A stretch of 64,000 bases of DNA from an uncultured bacterium (GTDB lineage: Bacteria > Babelota > Babeliae > Babelales > Babelaceae). Shown here one piece after another: positions 50,262 through 61,466 of the stretch. The notes under the pieces are model-generated. The model made no database searches. It saw nothing but the letters and a program-made list of their open reading frames with translations, and was not told the origin of the DNA. The stretch's first letter is position 1. Each line of letters starts with the position of its first letter. The position numbers were made by a program, and so were the translations under genes. The stretch lies in the NCBI GenBank assembly GCA_963722385.1, contig CAVRKK010000002.1:352001-416000 (forward strand), in the 5' to 3' direction.

Positions 50262-51608
50262 TCATAGCAGATCTCCATCGCCTACTGCCCCAAAACAAAT
50301 GTGTTGGTTATACCCTATATAACGAGCTAAGCCAAATACAGAGCCGGGCGAAGAAGATACACCACCTGCGATCACAATTTTTCCATCTTTTTGAAGAGCA
50401 ATTCCTCTCGCATAACTACTAACTTGACCAAATTTCGTTATAACCGTACCAGGCCTGGGTGAATTTATGCTATCAGGGTTAAAAGACGTGTCCAAAGTAC
50501 CATTATTATAATAGCGTGCCAACGCGAAGTTGAATTGATTTGTTGAAAATCCAGCAGAACCAGAAACAACAAACTTTTGATCTGCTTGGAGAGCTAGCGC
50601 CGCTGCAATGGCACCATATTTGCCAAAACTAGTGATCACAACACCTTTTGAGCCGAATGTTTTATCATAACTGCCATCCTCATTAAAACGAGCAAGAGCA
50701 AATACCGGATCAAGCCTTAATAAATTTGTTGTACCGCATATAACAATTTTATTATCCTTTTGAATAACAAGAGCACTCACCAAATCACCATTCCCTCCAA
50801 AATTACCAATCACCACCCCAGATAAACCAAAAGAAGAATCTAACTGTCCTGTCTTAGTATAACGCACAAGAATAAAGTTTACCCCGTACTGACCAGCTAT
50901 AACAATCTTACCATCTTCCTGTATAGCCACCCCATAAGGAATGCTTTCCAGCTTTGTTACAACCAAACCAGAATTATTAAATGACGTATCGAGAGTACCA
51001 TCCCCATTGTAACGTACAAGAGCAATCATGCTGAATCCAAAAGCATTAGTTGCACCCGCTGCTACGATCTTGCCATCACTTTGCAGTGTAAGAGCATTCG
51101 CAAACTCATAACTCCCACCAAAATCTGTTATCTGCGTGCCTGGAGGTGTCTCTCCATTCGGATTAAAGGACGTATCTGGAGTACCATCTTTGTTAAAACG
51201 TGCAATTGCAAAACTACGCTTCTGATCTACATTCGTTGCAGACCCGACGCTCACAATTTTTTGATCGTTTTGAATTACACCTGACGTACATTCTGAGAAA
51301 AGGTACCTCCCAAAATCAGGAGAAACCCACCACTGATTATTTTGTGCGCCAAAAGTATCGTCAACAGTCCCATTATTTTGGTACCGAGCAATAGCACATT
51401 TATGTGCAGCAAGCAGCCCAATAGATCCTATTGCTATAATTTTTCCATCTTCTTGAATTGCTACGCTTTGCGCTTCATCTCCCAAAGAATCTAAATTAGA
51501 AACCACCGTTCCATTATACGCAAAAGTTTTGTCGAGCTCACCATCATAACTTCCTATTACGTTTGTAATAAGAAACGGGAACAACACGAGTACTATATGC
51601 TTCTTCAT
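50262..51608 (-). CDS. Delta-60 repeat secreted protein
   Basis: YDGELD start, repeats QxDGKI and ARYxxxGTLDTSF; start at MKKH (51608). Confidence 0.87.
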   Translation of the reverse strand: MKKHIVLVLFPFLITNVIGSYDGELDKTFAYNGTVVSNLDSLGDEAQSVAIQEDGKIIAIGSIGLLAAHKCAIARYQNNGTVDDTFGAQNNQWWVSPDFGRYLFSECTSGVIQNDQKIVSVGSATNVDQKRSFAIARFNKDGTPDTSFNPNGETPPGTQITDFGGSYEFANALTLQSDGKIVAAGATNAFGFSMIALVRYNGDGTLDTSFNNSGLVVTKLESIPYGVAIQEDGKIVIAGQYGVNFILVRYTKTGQLDSSFGLSGVVIGNFGGNGDLVSALVIQKDNKIVICGTTNLLRLDPVFALARFNEDGSYDKTFGSKGVVITSFGKYGAIAAALALQADQKFVVSGSAGFSTNQFNFALARYYNNGTLDTSFNPDSINSPRPGTVITKFGQVSSYARGIALQKDGKIVIAGGVSSSPGSVFGLARYIGYNQHICFGAVGDGDLL

Positions 51609-51636
51609 CCAATGTCCTTCCAAGAAATATGCTGGA

Positions 51637-52992
51637 TTAATTGTTGCGCGAAGTTGTTTTTCTTGTAGTACTACCAAGGTAGCGCGCTAATGCAAAGGAG
51701 CCGCGCCCATAAACGGCCTGATTGCTTCCGCCTGCTACGATTTTGCCATCATTTTCGATAGCAATGCTATAAGCGGTGCTTAATTCTTGGTTTTCCCCGG
51801 CAAACTCTGTGGTGACCGTGCCAGGTTTGCCGAGATTTCTACCCTGCGGATTAAAAGTAGTATCGAGGCTACCATTATTGAAGTAACGTGCCAAAGCAAA
51901 TGCCATTATCCCGTAAGTCACATGGGCTTCTCCAGCAGCAATAATCTTGCCATCTTTTTGTACAGCAACGGCATTTGCCGAACTGCCATCCCAGCCAGTA
52001 AAGTCTGTTAACGTAATACCTTGCGTGCCAAACGAGGTATCCAGTGTTCCATTGCTCACGTAACGAGCGAGCGCGAAAACAGTCTTATTTAAAATGGTAT
52101 GACCTGCGACCACAAAACTACCATCGTGCTGCAGCACGATTTTGCTGGCATAAGAACCGGTGCCTCCAAAATTGGATCGCACCTGCCCCTGTACGCCAAA
52201 AGATTGATCGAGTGTTCCATCTTTATTGTAACGTGCAATAAAAAACTCTTCGGTCGTGCTTGTAAGTAAGACAATTTTGCTATCTTGTTGCACGACTACA
52301 TCAACAGGGTTAAACCCGATAAGATCGGTAATAAGAGTACCAGGTTGTTGACCGTTAGCATTAAATGAAGCATCGGGGCTACCATCCATATGGTAACGTG
52401 CAAGGCTAGCACTATCATCCGACGACCCGGCAACAATGATTTTGCCATCGGCTGAGAGAGCTACCGCTGTCGCTTGGCTTGCCGGAGAACCCGCGAATTT
52501 GGTTACTACCGTACCCGGCTTTGATTGTATACCTTGAGGATTAAAAGATATATCAAGGGTACCATCCTGATTATAACGAGCCAGAGCAAAAAGGTTCGGA
52601 AATTCATTACTGCCTAAGTAACCCACCACAACAATTTTGCCTTTTGTATCAAGAACAGCTGCATTGGCTACCGAAAAAGTACCTTCTATACCAAAGTCGG
52701 TTCGAGCAAGTCCTGCTGGCTTATCTTGCTGGCTAAATGACGTATCAAGCGTACCATTATTAAGATACCGCGCAACCCCAAATGTCGAAGGTCCTCCCAC
52801 ATAACCTGCAGCAACAACCTTACCGTCCCCTTGAATAAGAACTGCATTAGCCTGATTATTATCCTCGTAGTCGTCAAAATTAGCCATAATGGTACCATTA
52901 TGAGCTGGCCCAAAACTTGGATCTAGTTCACCATCATAAGCTTTACTTAATATGCTCAGCGTAAATAAAAGCAATAAGTACTTCCTCATCAT
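51637..52992 (-). CDS. Delta-60 repeat secreted protein (tandem paralog)
   Basis: Same repeats; GGAG before ATG 52992. Confidence 0.87.
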   Translation of the reverse strand: MMRKYLLLLFTLSILSKAYDGELDPSFGPAHNGTIMANFDDYEDNNQANAVLIQGDGKVVAAGYVGGPSTFGVARYLNNGTLDTSFSQQDKPAGLARTDFGIEGTFSVANAAVLDTKGKIVVVGYLGSNEFPNLFALARYNQDGTLDISFNPQGIQSKPGTVVTKFAGSPASQATAVALSADGKIIVAGSSDDSASLARYHMDGSPDASFNANGQQPGTLITDLIGFNPVDVVVQQDSKIVLLTSTTEEFFIARYNKDGTLDQSFGVQGQVRSNFGGTGSYASKIVLQHDGSFVVAGHTILNKTVFALARYVSNGTLDTSFGTQGITLTDFTGWDGSSANAVAVQKDGKIIAAGEAHVTYGIMAFALARYFNNGSLDTTFNPQGRNLGKPGTVTTEFAGENQELSTAYSIAIENDGKIVAGGSNQAVYGRGSFALARYLGSTTRKTTSRNN

Positions 52993-53212
52993 TAGGCTCC
53001 CTTTTTTCTTTGAATTTTGCAAAAGATTACCATATTGCGATTTGCTACGCAAGCAGTTGCCACGTTATCGATTCAGTTCTGGCTTAACTTTTATATTCTT
53101 TATGAAATTCTCGCTTTAGAGAGCGAATAGTTTAGAGCTGTATCTTGTAGAGCATGGGTTTATGGGGTATACTTTCAAAAGTTATCGAGATATATAAGCA
53201 ACAAAGGTAAAC

Positions 53213-55513
53213 ATGATAAGCCGCAAAAACACCTTATTTTTTCTTTCAGTGCTGATTAATTTGACAAACATATATGCGGGATTTCTCCAAAATGGCACGA
53301 ACTACCCTTTGCCAGCCGGTTCTAGCTATCCTAATGCGGTAGCATTTTCCCCTGATGGTTCCTATCTTGCTACCGCTAATGATTATTCATCAAATGTTAC
53401 CATGTTTCAAGTAGGAACTATGGGAGCGTTGTCTGGCGCAACTTCTTATGCCTGTGGTGGATCAGGTCTTTCGGCACAGTTTTCTCCTAATGGCTCCTAT
53501 CTTGCGATTGCTGCTTATGCTGGCACTTCGGAAGTCGTAATGTTCCAAGTAGGAACGGGAGGAGCTCTCTCTCAAGCAAGTTCTTATGCTTTGCCCACCG
53601 GTTATTCTGAGCCGTGGTCGATCGCTTATTCGCCCAATGGCTTATATGTTGCTATTGTTAACTATAATTCATACATGGGCTCTGGTGATGTTACCGTATT
53701 TCAAGTAGGATCGGGAGGCTCACTTACGGCTGTTGGTTACTATAGCCCACCGAGTGGCGTCGAGCCTTATGCAATAGCATTTTCTCCTGATAGTTCATTG
53801 TTAGTTGTAGCTAACAGTGGTTCTAATAATGTAACAGTATTTCAAGTAGGTGGAGGGGGAGCACTTAATGGAGGAACCACCTATGCATTGTCAGGCAGTA
53901 CGCAGGCTCTCTCAACAGCTTTTTCCCCCAATGGCTCATATCTTGCTGTTGGTGGTGCCGCCACAAATAATATAACTATCTTTCAGGTAGGTGCAGGCGG
54001 TGCACTATCAGGAGCAACTTCATATGCTTTACCGGGTTCCTCAGTTGAGCCGGTATCGGTAGCATTTTCTCCAAATGGAGCATATCTTGCCACCGCTAAT
54101 TTTTACTCGAATGATGTAACGGTATTTCAAGTAGGTATCGGCGGGGTATTGTCAGGCGCAACATCTTTTCCTTTGCCGAGCGGCTCTAGCGAGCCCACAT
54201 CGATATCATTTTCACCCAATGATTTATACCTGGCTGTTGCCAATGGTAATTCAAATAACATAACGTTATTCCAAATAGAACAACCTGTTGCCCCGGGATC
54301 TACCTCGTACCATTTACCACCTGGCTCTGCCGAACCCGATTCCGTGGACATTGCTTCAAACAATATCCACTTTGCCACCGCAAATTACCAATCAAGCGAT
54401 GTAACACTTTTTACCACAAACGGTACCTCAGTAACTGGAACATCTTATAAGCTTCCTACAGGGTCTCTGAATCCTTCTTCGATTAGCTTTTCATCAAATA
54501 CCTTGTATGTCGCTACTGCCAATAGTAATTCGAATGATGTAACGCTTTTTGCCTTAACTGGAGGCCAATTGGGAGCAGGCACTTCATATCCGCTTCCTGC
54601 GGGATCCACCACGCCCGCTTCAATCGAGTTCTCGCCTAACGATGTTTATCTTGCGGTAGCCAATAGCGGTTCACATGACGTAACCATATTTGACGTTATG
54701 GGAGGAGCTTTACAAAATGCTCTCTCGTACCCATTGCCCACCGGTTCTTTATTTCCTATCGGGATTGCTTTTGCTCCAAATGGTACTTACCTTGCTACCG
54801 CAAATGCCCAATCAAACGACATAACGCTTTTTAAAGCAAATGCAGGTATTTTAAGCGGAGCGCTCTCCCAGGCGCTTCCTGCAGGGTCAGCACAACCGAA
54901 CTCAGTTCTTTTTTTTACTGATAATAATAACGTATTTCTTGCAACGAGCAATGGCGGTTCCGATGATGTAACGATCTTCGATGTACAGAATGCTACCTTG
55001 GCCAACGGCCGCTCTTACCCATTGCCGCACAACAGTACCTTCAATAACCCCCGGTCCATCGCTTCGTCACTCAATGGCAACTATCTCGCTATCGCCAATA
55101 GCAACACGAGCAGCGTTACGTTCTTTAATGCCACAGGAGGCTCTTTACGCCAAGCAGCAACTTACTCTCTCCCTGGCAATTCGAGCTATTGTGTAAGTGT
55201 GTCTTTTTCGCCCAAAAGTACCTACGTTCTGACAGCTAATTTTTATTCGAATGACGTATCCCTTGTTCCTGTTCTCTTGGGCGCGTCAGATGGCGATGGC
55301 GATGGTGACGGTGGCGGAAGCGCGAGCGACACCACAAGCAACAATCTGCCTCTAGGTTTAATTATCGGTACTACGGTAGGGGTTCCTGCAGGAGTTGCTC
55401 TGTTAACATCAATCGGCATAATTGGGGCATTCCTGCTCTACAAATATCATCAGCGAGGACGTCCCGGAACGGTCAATTATACCAATGAACCAACAGCCGC
55501 AGATGCCCTTTAA
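53213..55513 (+). CDS. Membrane-anchored beta-propeller protein (14 blades)
   Basis: Same repeat family as 1003..4278; TM followed by GTVNY tail. Confidence 0.87.
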   Translation: MISRKNTLFFLSVLINLTNIYAGFLQNGTNYPLPAGSSYPNAVAFSPDGSYLATANDYSSNVTMFQVGTMGALSGATSYACGGSGLSAQFSPNGSYLAIAAYAGTSEVVMFQVGTGGALSQASSYALPTGYSEPWSIAYSPNGLYVAIVNYNSYMGSGDVTVFQVGSGGSLTAVGYYSPPSGVEPYAIAFSPDSSLLVVANSGSNNVTVFQVGGGGALNGGTTYALSGSTQALSTAFSPNGSYLAVGGAATNNITIFQVGAGGALSGATSYALPGSSVEPVSVAFSPNGAYLATANFYSNDVTVFQVGIGGVLSGATSFPLPSGSSEPTSISFSPNDLYLAVANGNSNNITLFQIEQPVAPGSTSYHLPPGSAEPDSVDIASNNIHFATANYQSSDVTLFTTNGTSVTGTSYKLPTGSLNPSSISFSSNTLYVATANSNSNDVTLFALTGGQLGAGTSYPLPAGSTTPASIEFSPNDVYLAVANSGSHDVTIFDVMGGALQNALSYPLPTGSLFPIGIAFAPNGTYLATANAQSNDITLFKANAGILSGALSQALPAGSAQPNSVLFFTDNNNVFLATSNGGSDDVTIFDVQNATLANGRSYPLPHNSTFNNPRSIASSLNGNYLAIANSNTSSVTFFNATGGSLRQAATYSLPGNSSYCVSVSFSPKSTYVLTANFYSNDVSLVPVLLGASDGDGDGDGGGSASDTTSNNLPLGLIIGTTVGVPAGVALLTSIGIIGAFLLYKYHQRGRPGTVNYTNEPTAADAL

Positions 55514-55587
55514 AACAATCAAATACCATGTGGCTTGTATTTGAACTCCACCGCAATTCAAGTTCACTGGTGCATGAGGAGAACGTA

Positions 55588-58500
55588 ATGATCTTTACGA
55601 GAAAAGCTCGAAGAACAATTCTGGTCAGCTTAAAGCTTCTTTTTACCATAGCTCCTGTTCAAGCTGTCGAAAAAATGAGTTATCCTCTTCCAGGATCTCT
55701 TAAATGGCCTCATCAGGGGGTGTTTTCACCGAATGGTCAATATTTTGCTACTGCTAATTCAAATGACATATCGCTCTTTAGCGTCGAAGCGGAAGGAACG
55801 TTAGTCGGCAGTTCTTCCTTTTCACTTCCTGCGCAACCCGCACCTCCTAATGCAGCAGTATCTAATGCAGCAGTATTTTCACCAAACGGTTTATATCTTG
55901 CTACCGCTAATCCTAGATCAAATGGTGTTACCATATTTACCGTAGGAACAGGAGGCGTTCTCAGCAGCTCTTCGTACGCACTACCTTCTGGATCTGCTGG
56001 CCCCCAAGCATTAGCATTTTCACCCGATGGCCAATATCTTGTTACTACTAATATCACATCAAATGATATAACTGTATTTACGATAACAGGAGGAGTTTTA
56101 AGTGGTGCTACTTCTTATGCATTACCAAGTGGTTCTATCTATCCTTATTCAATAGCGTTTTCACCTAATGGAAACTATGTGGCAACTGCTAATTATGGCT
56201 CTAATGCCGTTACCATATTTGCCGTAGGAACGGGAGGTACCTTAAGCAGCGGTACTTCTTTTGTACTTCCTTCAGGTTCTTCATTGCCTGAATCAGTATC
56301 ATTTTCTCCAAATGGTTCCTATCTTGCTACTGCCAATTATGAATCAAATGATGTCACGATATTTCAAGTGGGAGCAGGAGGAATTCTGAACAACGCTACT
56401 TCATACGCCTTACCGGCCGGTTCTACCTTTCCCGCATCATTGGCTTTTTCACCCAGCAGCCAATATCTTGTTACTGCTAATCAAAGTTCAAGTAATGTAA
56501 CCATATTTACTGTAGGAGCGGAAGGAATTTTAAATGAAGGCACATCATATGCCTTACCCGCTGGCTCTACAAGCCCATTTTCAATAGCATTTTCTCCGAA
56601 TGGAATATATCTTGCTACCGCTAACTTTTCTTCAAATAGTATAACCATATTTACCGTAGAAGCAGGAGGCGTCCTGAGTGGCAGTTCTTCGTATACATTA
56701 CCTGCTAGCTCTACAGCTCCCTTTTCAGTAGCATTTTCACCTGATGGTTCATATCTTGCTACCGCTAATACCGGATCAAGTGACATCACCGTATTTACCG
56801 TAGATATGGGAGAAGTTCTTAGTGCTGGTACTTCATATCCGGTATTATCATCTAATGCAATATTACCTAGCACATTAGCTTTCTCACCTGATAGCTCATA
56901 TCTTGTTAGTGCTGAGCACAATATGAATGATCTCTCCAGTTCTGTAACTGTATTTGGCATACGTACAGGAGGAATATTAAGTAAACTCACATCATACTCT
57001 TTACCTACTGGTTCACAAGAACCTGTTGCAATAGCATTTTCCCCCAATGGAAACTTTCTTGCTACAGCTAACTATTCAGGTAACATGACGGTATTTAGCG
57101 TAGAAACAGGAGGAGTCCTCAATAATGCTGTTTCATATTCTTTACCGGTTGGTAGTATCCCTACATCTTTGGCATTTTCACCTGATGGCTTATATCTTGC
57201 TGTTGCTACAATTGCTGTTTCTTCTTCCGTGGTAATATTCAGCGTAAGCTCAGGAGGAGCCTTAAGTGGCGGTACTGCATATTCATTACCTTCTTATGGC
57301 TTAGCACTTGAGCCTTACTCAGTGACGTTTTCACCAAATGGCTCCTACCTTGCTTGTGTTGGACCGAACAGCAATGGTGTAGCTCTCTTTACCGTAACCG
57401 AAGGAACCCTGAGTGGAGGTACCTTATATTCCTTACCCTCTAGTGCTCTAGAACCTTTTTCAGTAGCATTTTCACCAGATAACTCATACCTGGCTATTGG
57501 TGCGGCATCAAGTTATGTAGTCATGTTTACCGTGGGATCAGGGGGAGCCTTAAGTGGAGGCACATCATATGCTTTACCTTCGGGCTGTACCTATCCTATT
57601 TCAGTAGCGTTCTCACCCAATGGTTCCTATCTTGCTACCGCTAATTATGGCACTTCTAATGTAGCTCTGTTTACTATAACAAATGGAGTACTCAATACAG
57701 GAACACTCTATCCTTTACCACCTGTTCTTGCAGGATCTACTCATCCAATCGCCATAGCCTTTTCTCCAGATTATTCTTATCTTGCTACTGCTAATTATGG
57801 TTCTACTGATATTAGTATTTTCCAAGTTAATTCAGGAAGTACTTTAGGGACAAAGATATCATATCCATTGCCTCATAACCGTCACCACCTCTTCCTTCCA
57901 TCATTGCCCATTTCTTTAGCTTTTTCCCCAGATGGTACCTCGCTTGCAACCACTAATCAACAAACCAATGATGTAACAATGTTTGGATTTGCCTCAGGAC
58001 AGTTAACAAATCCTATCTCATATCCATTACCAAGTAACGCAGTCCAACCAAGCTATGTACAATTCTCACCTGATAATAATTATATAATAGTAGCAAATAG
58101 CAATACGAATAATATAGCAGTATTCAATGTAACGGGAAATGGGGTGCTGCAAAGCCTAGCAACATATCCGTTACCAACTGGTTCTTCTAATCCGCAAGCA
58201 CTAGCATTTACGCCTGATGGGGCGTACTTTGCAACAGCAAATGCGGGCTCAAATGATATAACACTATTTAGAATAACAGAAGGAACTTTAAGTAATGCTA
58301 TGACTGGTGCTTTACCGCTCGGATCAAAGGCGCCTCAGTCACTCGTATTTTTACCTCAAGCTGGTACTAACAGTCTCCTTCTTGCAACTGCTAATAGTGG
58401 CTCGAACGATGTAACAATGTATCACTTTCAAGCGGGTGTACTAAGCAATGCGGAATCGTATCCATTACCTTCAGGATCGGTAAATCCCCAATTTATTGCT

Positions 58501-58959
58501 GCTTCGCCAGATGGGACGCACCTTGCTATAGCAAATACTGATTCAAGCACTATTGTAGTCTTTACTGTTACTGATGGGATGCTGGATCAAGGAACGGTCT
58601 ATACCTTGCCGACCAACTCAGCTGCTTGTGTAGCGGTAGCATTCTTCCCAACAAACATAAAAAGGGCTTTATCAACTACTAACAACGCAGTGGTAACAGC
58701 TAATAGCGCCTCGAATGACGTCTCCGTTTTACCTTTGCTTGATATTACAGGAGAAAGTAGTGGTCAAAGCCTACTTGGAGCAATTATAGGAGTGACAGTA
58801 GGTGTTCCTGTGACTCTTTGTTGTATGAGCGCAATAAGTGGAATTGGTGTTTGGTTATTTTATAAGTATCGCTACAGGTACCGACCTGTAGGTAGTGTTT
58901 ATTTTAATGGAGACGAAGTATTAGAAGATCCCATGATTACATTATCGCGGGCAACTTAA
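55588..58959 (+). CDS. Membrane-anchored beta-propeller protein (21 blades)
   Basis: GAGGAG before ATG 55588; repeats; TM followed by GSVYF tail. Confidence 0.87.
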   Translation: MIFTRKARRTILVSLKLLFTIAPVQAVEKMSYPLPGSLKWPHQGVFSPNGQYFATANSNDISLFSVEAEGTLVGSSSFSLPAQPAPPNAAVSNAAVFSPNGLYLATANPRSNGVTIFTVGTGGVLSSSSYALPSGSAGPQALAFSPDGQYLVTTNITSNDITVFTITGGVLSGATSYALPSGSIYPYSIAFSPNGNYVATANYGSNAVTIFAVGTGGTLSSGTSFVLPSGSSLPESVSFSPNGSYLATANYESNDVTIFQVGAGGILNNATSYALPAGSTFPASLAFSPSSQYLVTANQSSSNVTIFTVGAEGILNEGTSYALPAGSTSPFSIAFSPNGIYLATANFSSNSITIFTVEAGGVLSGSSSYTLPASSTAPFSVAFSPDGSYLATANTGSSDITVFTVDMGEVLSAGTSYPVLSSNAILPSTLAFSPDSSYLVSAEHNMNDLSSSVTVFGIRTGGILSKLTSYSLPTGSQEPVAIAFSPNGNFLATANYSGNMTVFSVETGGVLNNAVSYSLPVGSIPTSLAFSPDGLYLAVATIAVSSSVVIFSVSSGGALSGGTAYSLPSYGLALEPYSVTFSPNGSYLACVGPNSNGVALFTVTEGTLSGGTLYSLPSSALEPFSVAFSPDNSYLAIGAASSYVVMFTVGSGGALSGGTSYALPSGCTYPISVAFSPNGSYLATANYGTSNVALFTITNGVLNTGTLYPLPPVLAGSTHPIAIAFSPDYSYLATANYGSTDISIFQVNSGSTLGTKISYPLPHNRHHLFLPSLPISLAFSPDGTSLATTNQQTNDVTMFGFASGQLTNPISYPLPSNAVQPSYVQFSPDNNYIIVANSNTNNIAVFNVTGNGVLQSLATYPLPTGSSNPQALAFTPDGAYFATANAGSNDITLFRITEGTLSNAMTGALPLGSKAPQSLVFLPQAGTNSLLLATANSGSNDVTMYHFQAGVLSNAESYPLPSGSVNPQFIAASPDGTHLAIANTDSSTIVVFTVTDGMLDQGTVYTLPTNSAACVAVAFFPTNIKRALSTTNNAVVTANSASNDVSVLPLLDITGESSGQSLLGAIIGVTVGVPVTLCCMSAISGIGVWLFYKYRYRYRPVGSVYFNGDEVLEDPMITLSRAT

Positions 58960-60530
58960 AGCCCAAGAGGGAAACCACCCAAGGCAATCAACCAATCGAT
59001 AAGTTCCTTTTTGCCATAATGCGCTTCCTCAGCGTATTGTAAGACATTCTTGCCATTTTCATCGCAAACTGTAATGTCTTCGCCACAGGCTACTAAATTT
59101 TCAAGGACTTTTCTACACCCACTTTGTGCGGCTGCATATATTAAGCGTTGGGCCCCTCCCTTTAAACAAATTCTGGAAGCTAGACAGCATATCGCCGGAT
59201 CATAACTATACGCGTAATGCATCGGGGTGCTATTGAAACTATCCAGAGTCAAAATTCTCCAGTAGTAATGATAGCTACTCTTTACTTTTTCAAGCATCTC
59301 AACACGTCCAGCAGCTAGAGCATAAAATAGAGGCGCCCTCAAATTATGATCATCGGGAAGCAAGTCGATATCCTTTGCAATAAGATACATAACAAGGTCT
59401 GCTTGTCCCGAAGCCATAGCATAATGAATCGGCCGAGCACCATACGCATCTTTCTCTTCAACACTAACACCCTGCTCTACAAGAGATCGAACTCTCTCTA
59501 AGTCACCTTGTAAAGCTGCATAATGTATAGATGAAGAATCCAAAGATGGTTGAGAGCCTAACAACCACAAAGCACTTCGCTTACATTTTGTAGCAACTCG
59601 AGCCCCACGCGCAAGCAAAAATCTAATCATCTCTCTATTGCCCTGCCTTGCCGCATGGTGTGACGGCTGATCACCGTCGCCATCCCAAGCATTAATATCA
59701 GCTCCTTGGTCAAGCAACCAGCTCACCATCTCAAGTTGATTTTCCCTTGCTGCTATATGTATCGGTTGCCAACCAATACGCCTTACTTGAGCACCAACAC
59801 GCGCTCCTTTATCAACTAGTACTTTTACAATATTTAATTGTCCATACTCCACTGCTCTATGAATAGCCTGAAAACCTCGTTGGTCAATTACATCAAGAGG
59901 CATACCATTATCAATCAGTAAACGTATTAGTGCCTCATCGCCTGATAGTGCTGCTCTATGCAACGGTAATTCATCTCCATAGTTAGAATGGGCAGGATCA
60001 TTATCTAGGGCATTTAGCGGGACATCAGTTTTGGCAAGCTTTGAGGGCGTAAGCAAATATCTCAGACTATATCTCAGCCTACTTGCCAACGGTATGGCCC
60101 CTTTCGATAAGGTTTCATACAAAGCCTCGGAGAAACAAACTATTTTTCTAGCTTCAAGTATCCTTCCAGCTTGCACAACAATGCTGAGCAATTCCTTATC
60201 CTTTAATAGGAATATTAAATGTATCGGTTTTCTACCATAATAACCAGAAATAGAAACGTCAAGATGATTCTTTCTTAACAACTCTTCAATATCGTCCAAA
60301 CAGCTATCATACACATGTACCAGAGAGCCACTGTTTTCAGCTGATGAAGATTGTGGTAACGTGCTATTAATAGCAGTAGCACCATTGCGGAGCTCAATAG
60401 ATGCTATCTCTAAGATGCTCGCCATAGCACCAGTAATACCATGGTCTTCCGGATGTTCCATAGTCCAAGAAGTAAAGCATACCATTATAGTAATAATAAA
60501 GCTCAGTATTTTTAAACCTAGGCTAAACAT
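58956..60530 (-). CDS. Ankyrin-repeat protein with signal peptide
   Basis: PLHRAA, QAIHRAV, QPIHIAA, RPIHYA repeats. Confidence 0.88.
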   Translation of the reverse strand: MFSLGLKILSFIITIMVCFTSWTMEHPEDHGITGAMASILEIASIELRNGATAINSTLPQSSSAENSGSLVHVYDSCLDDIEELLRKNHLDVSISGYYGRKPIHLIFLLKDKELLSIVVQAGRILEARKIVCFSEALYETLSKGAIPLASRLRYSLRYLLTPSKLAKTDVPLNALDNDPAHSNYGDELPLHRAALSGDEALIRLLIDNGMPLDVIDQRGFQAIHRAVEYGQLNIVKVLVDKGARVGAQVRRIGWQPIHIAARENQLEMVSWLLDQGADINAWDGDGDQPSHHAARQGNREMIRFLLARGARVATKCKRSALWLLGSQPSLDSSSIHYAALQGDLERVRSLVEQGVSVEEKDAYGARPIHYAMASGQADLVMYLIAKDIDLLPDDHNLRAPLFYALAAGRVEMLEKVKSSYHYYWRILTLDSFNSTPMHYAYSYDPAICCLASRICLKGGAQRLIYAAAQSGCRKVLENLVACGEDITVCDENGKNVLQYAEEAHYGKKELIDWLIALGGFPLGL

Positions 60531-61378
60531 TAGCTTCTCCTTTTAATTATCACTCGCTCGACTACCCAAGCATGCCCCTGCTTTTGTGCATAATCAAGAG
60601 GCTTCTTGCCTCCGTTATCCTCTGCCTCAATATCGGCACCATGGGCTACCAGCCATTCTACCATCCAACTTAGTCCAAGTGCTGCAGCAAGATGTATTAG
60701 TTGAACACCGCGACTATCTGCAGATTTAATATTAATTCCCAAAGAACACTGCATAGTCTATACCTTTATTATTACTATCCATTTTAAAAAGGTCATTTCC
60801 CTGATCAATAAGCCACCTTACCATAGGCATATTGCGCTTAATTATCACACAAAAGTTTTAAAATGCGTTCGTAGTTATTAACTGCTTCAGCATTAAAAAA
60901 TACAAGATTAGATCTACCTTCTAAGCCTCTCTTCTGCCCATAGAACAAAAGCTAATAGCTGCCCATAGTCTTTAGTTTCAGCGATGCTGCTTGTGTTTTG
61001 CGGCTGAGTTCTCAGATCAGATAGTTTTTGTACAAGCCATCCCCTTGCAGGTAACGTATTAAGCGTATGGCTATCAAACCTTAAAACTTTAAAAATTATA
61101 TACACAATCAAGCTTTTTTCTCTTGCCTGCACCGCCTGTAACAAATCATCGCTTAAATCTAGCTGATCACTTCTATGCACGTTAATTGTTTGGCCTGGTA
61201 CCGTATTATTTACGGTTGTGCCTAAAGAGCTTCTCCTAAGCTGGCTGCTTACCACCTCCAATATTCCTGTTATATCGCTCGTAACACTATTTTCTTCGGG
61301 GTGCTCCATAGCTTTACTCGAAAAGCACACCGTCATAGCAACAATACAACTGACTAATTTCAACCACTTTTTAATCAT
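60530..61378 (-). pseudogene. Degraded ankyrin paralog: N-terminal piece 60914..61378 and C-terminal ankyrin piece 60530..60754
   Basis: N-terminus matches 58956..60530 (VCF...MEHPE); middle matches the LL.A....YII...L..D segment of the 61467 ORF; orphan ankyrin tail. Confidence 0.6.
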
Positions 61379-61466
61379 GAGCTCTTCCCTCCAACCATGT
61401 ACCTTTCTGCATAGCTTAAAACATAAACATATTATAGTAAGCAGCTACTATGGACAATCTTTACAA

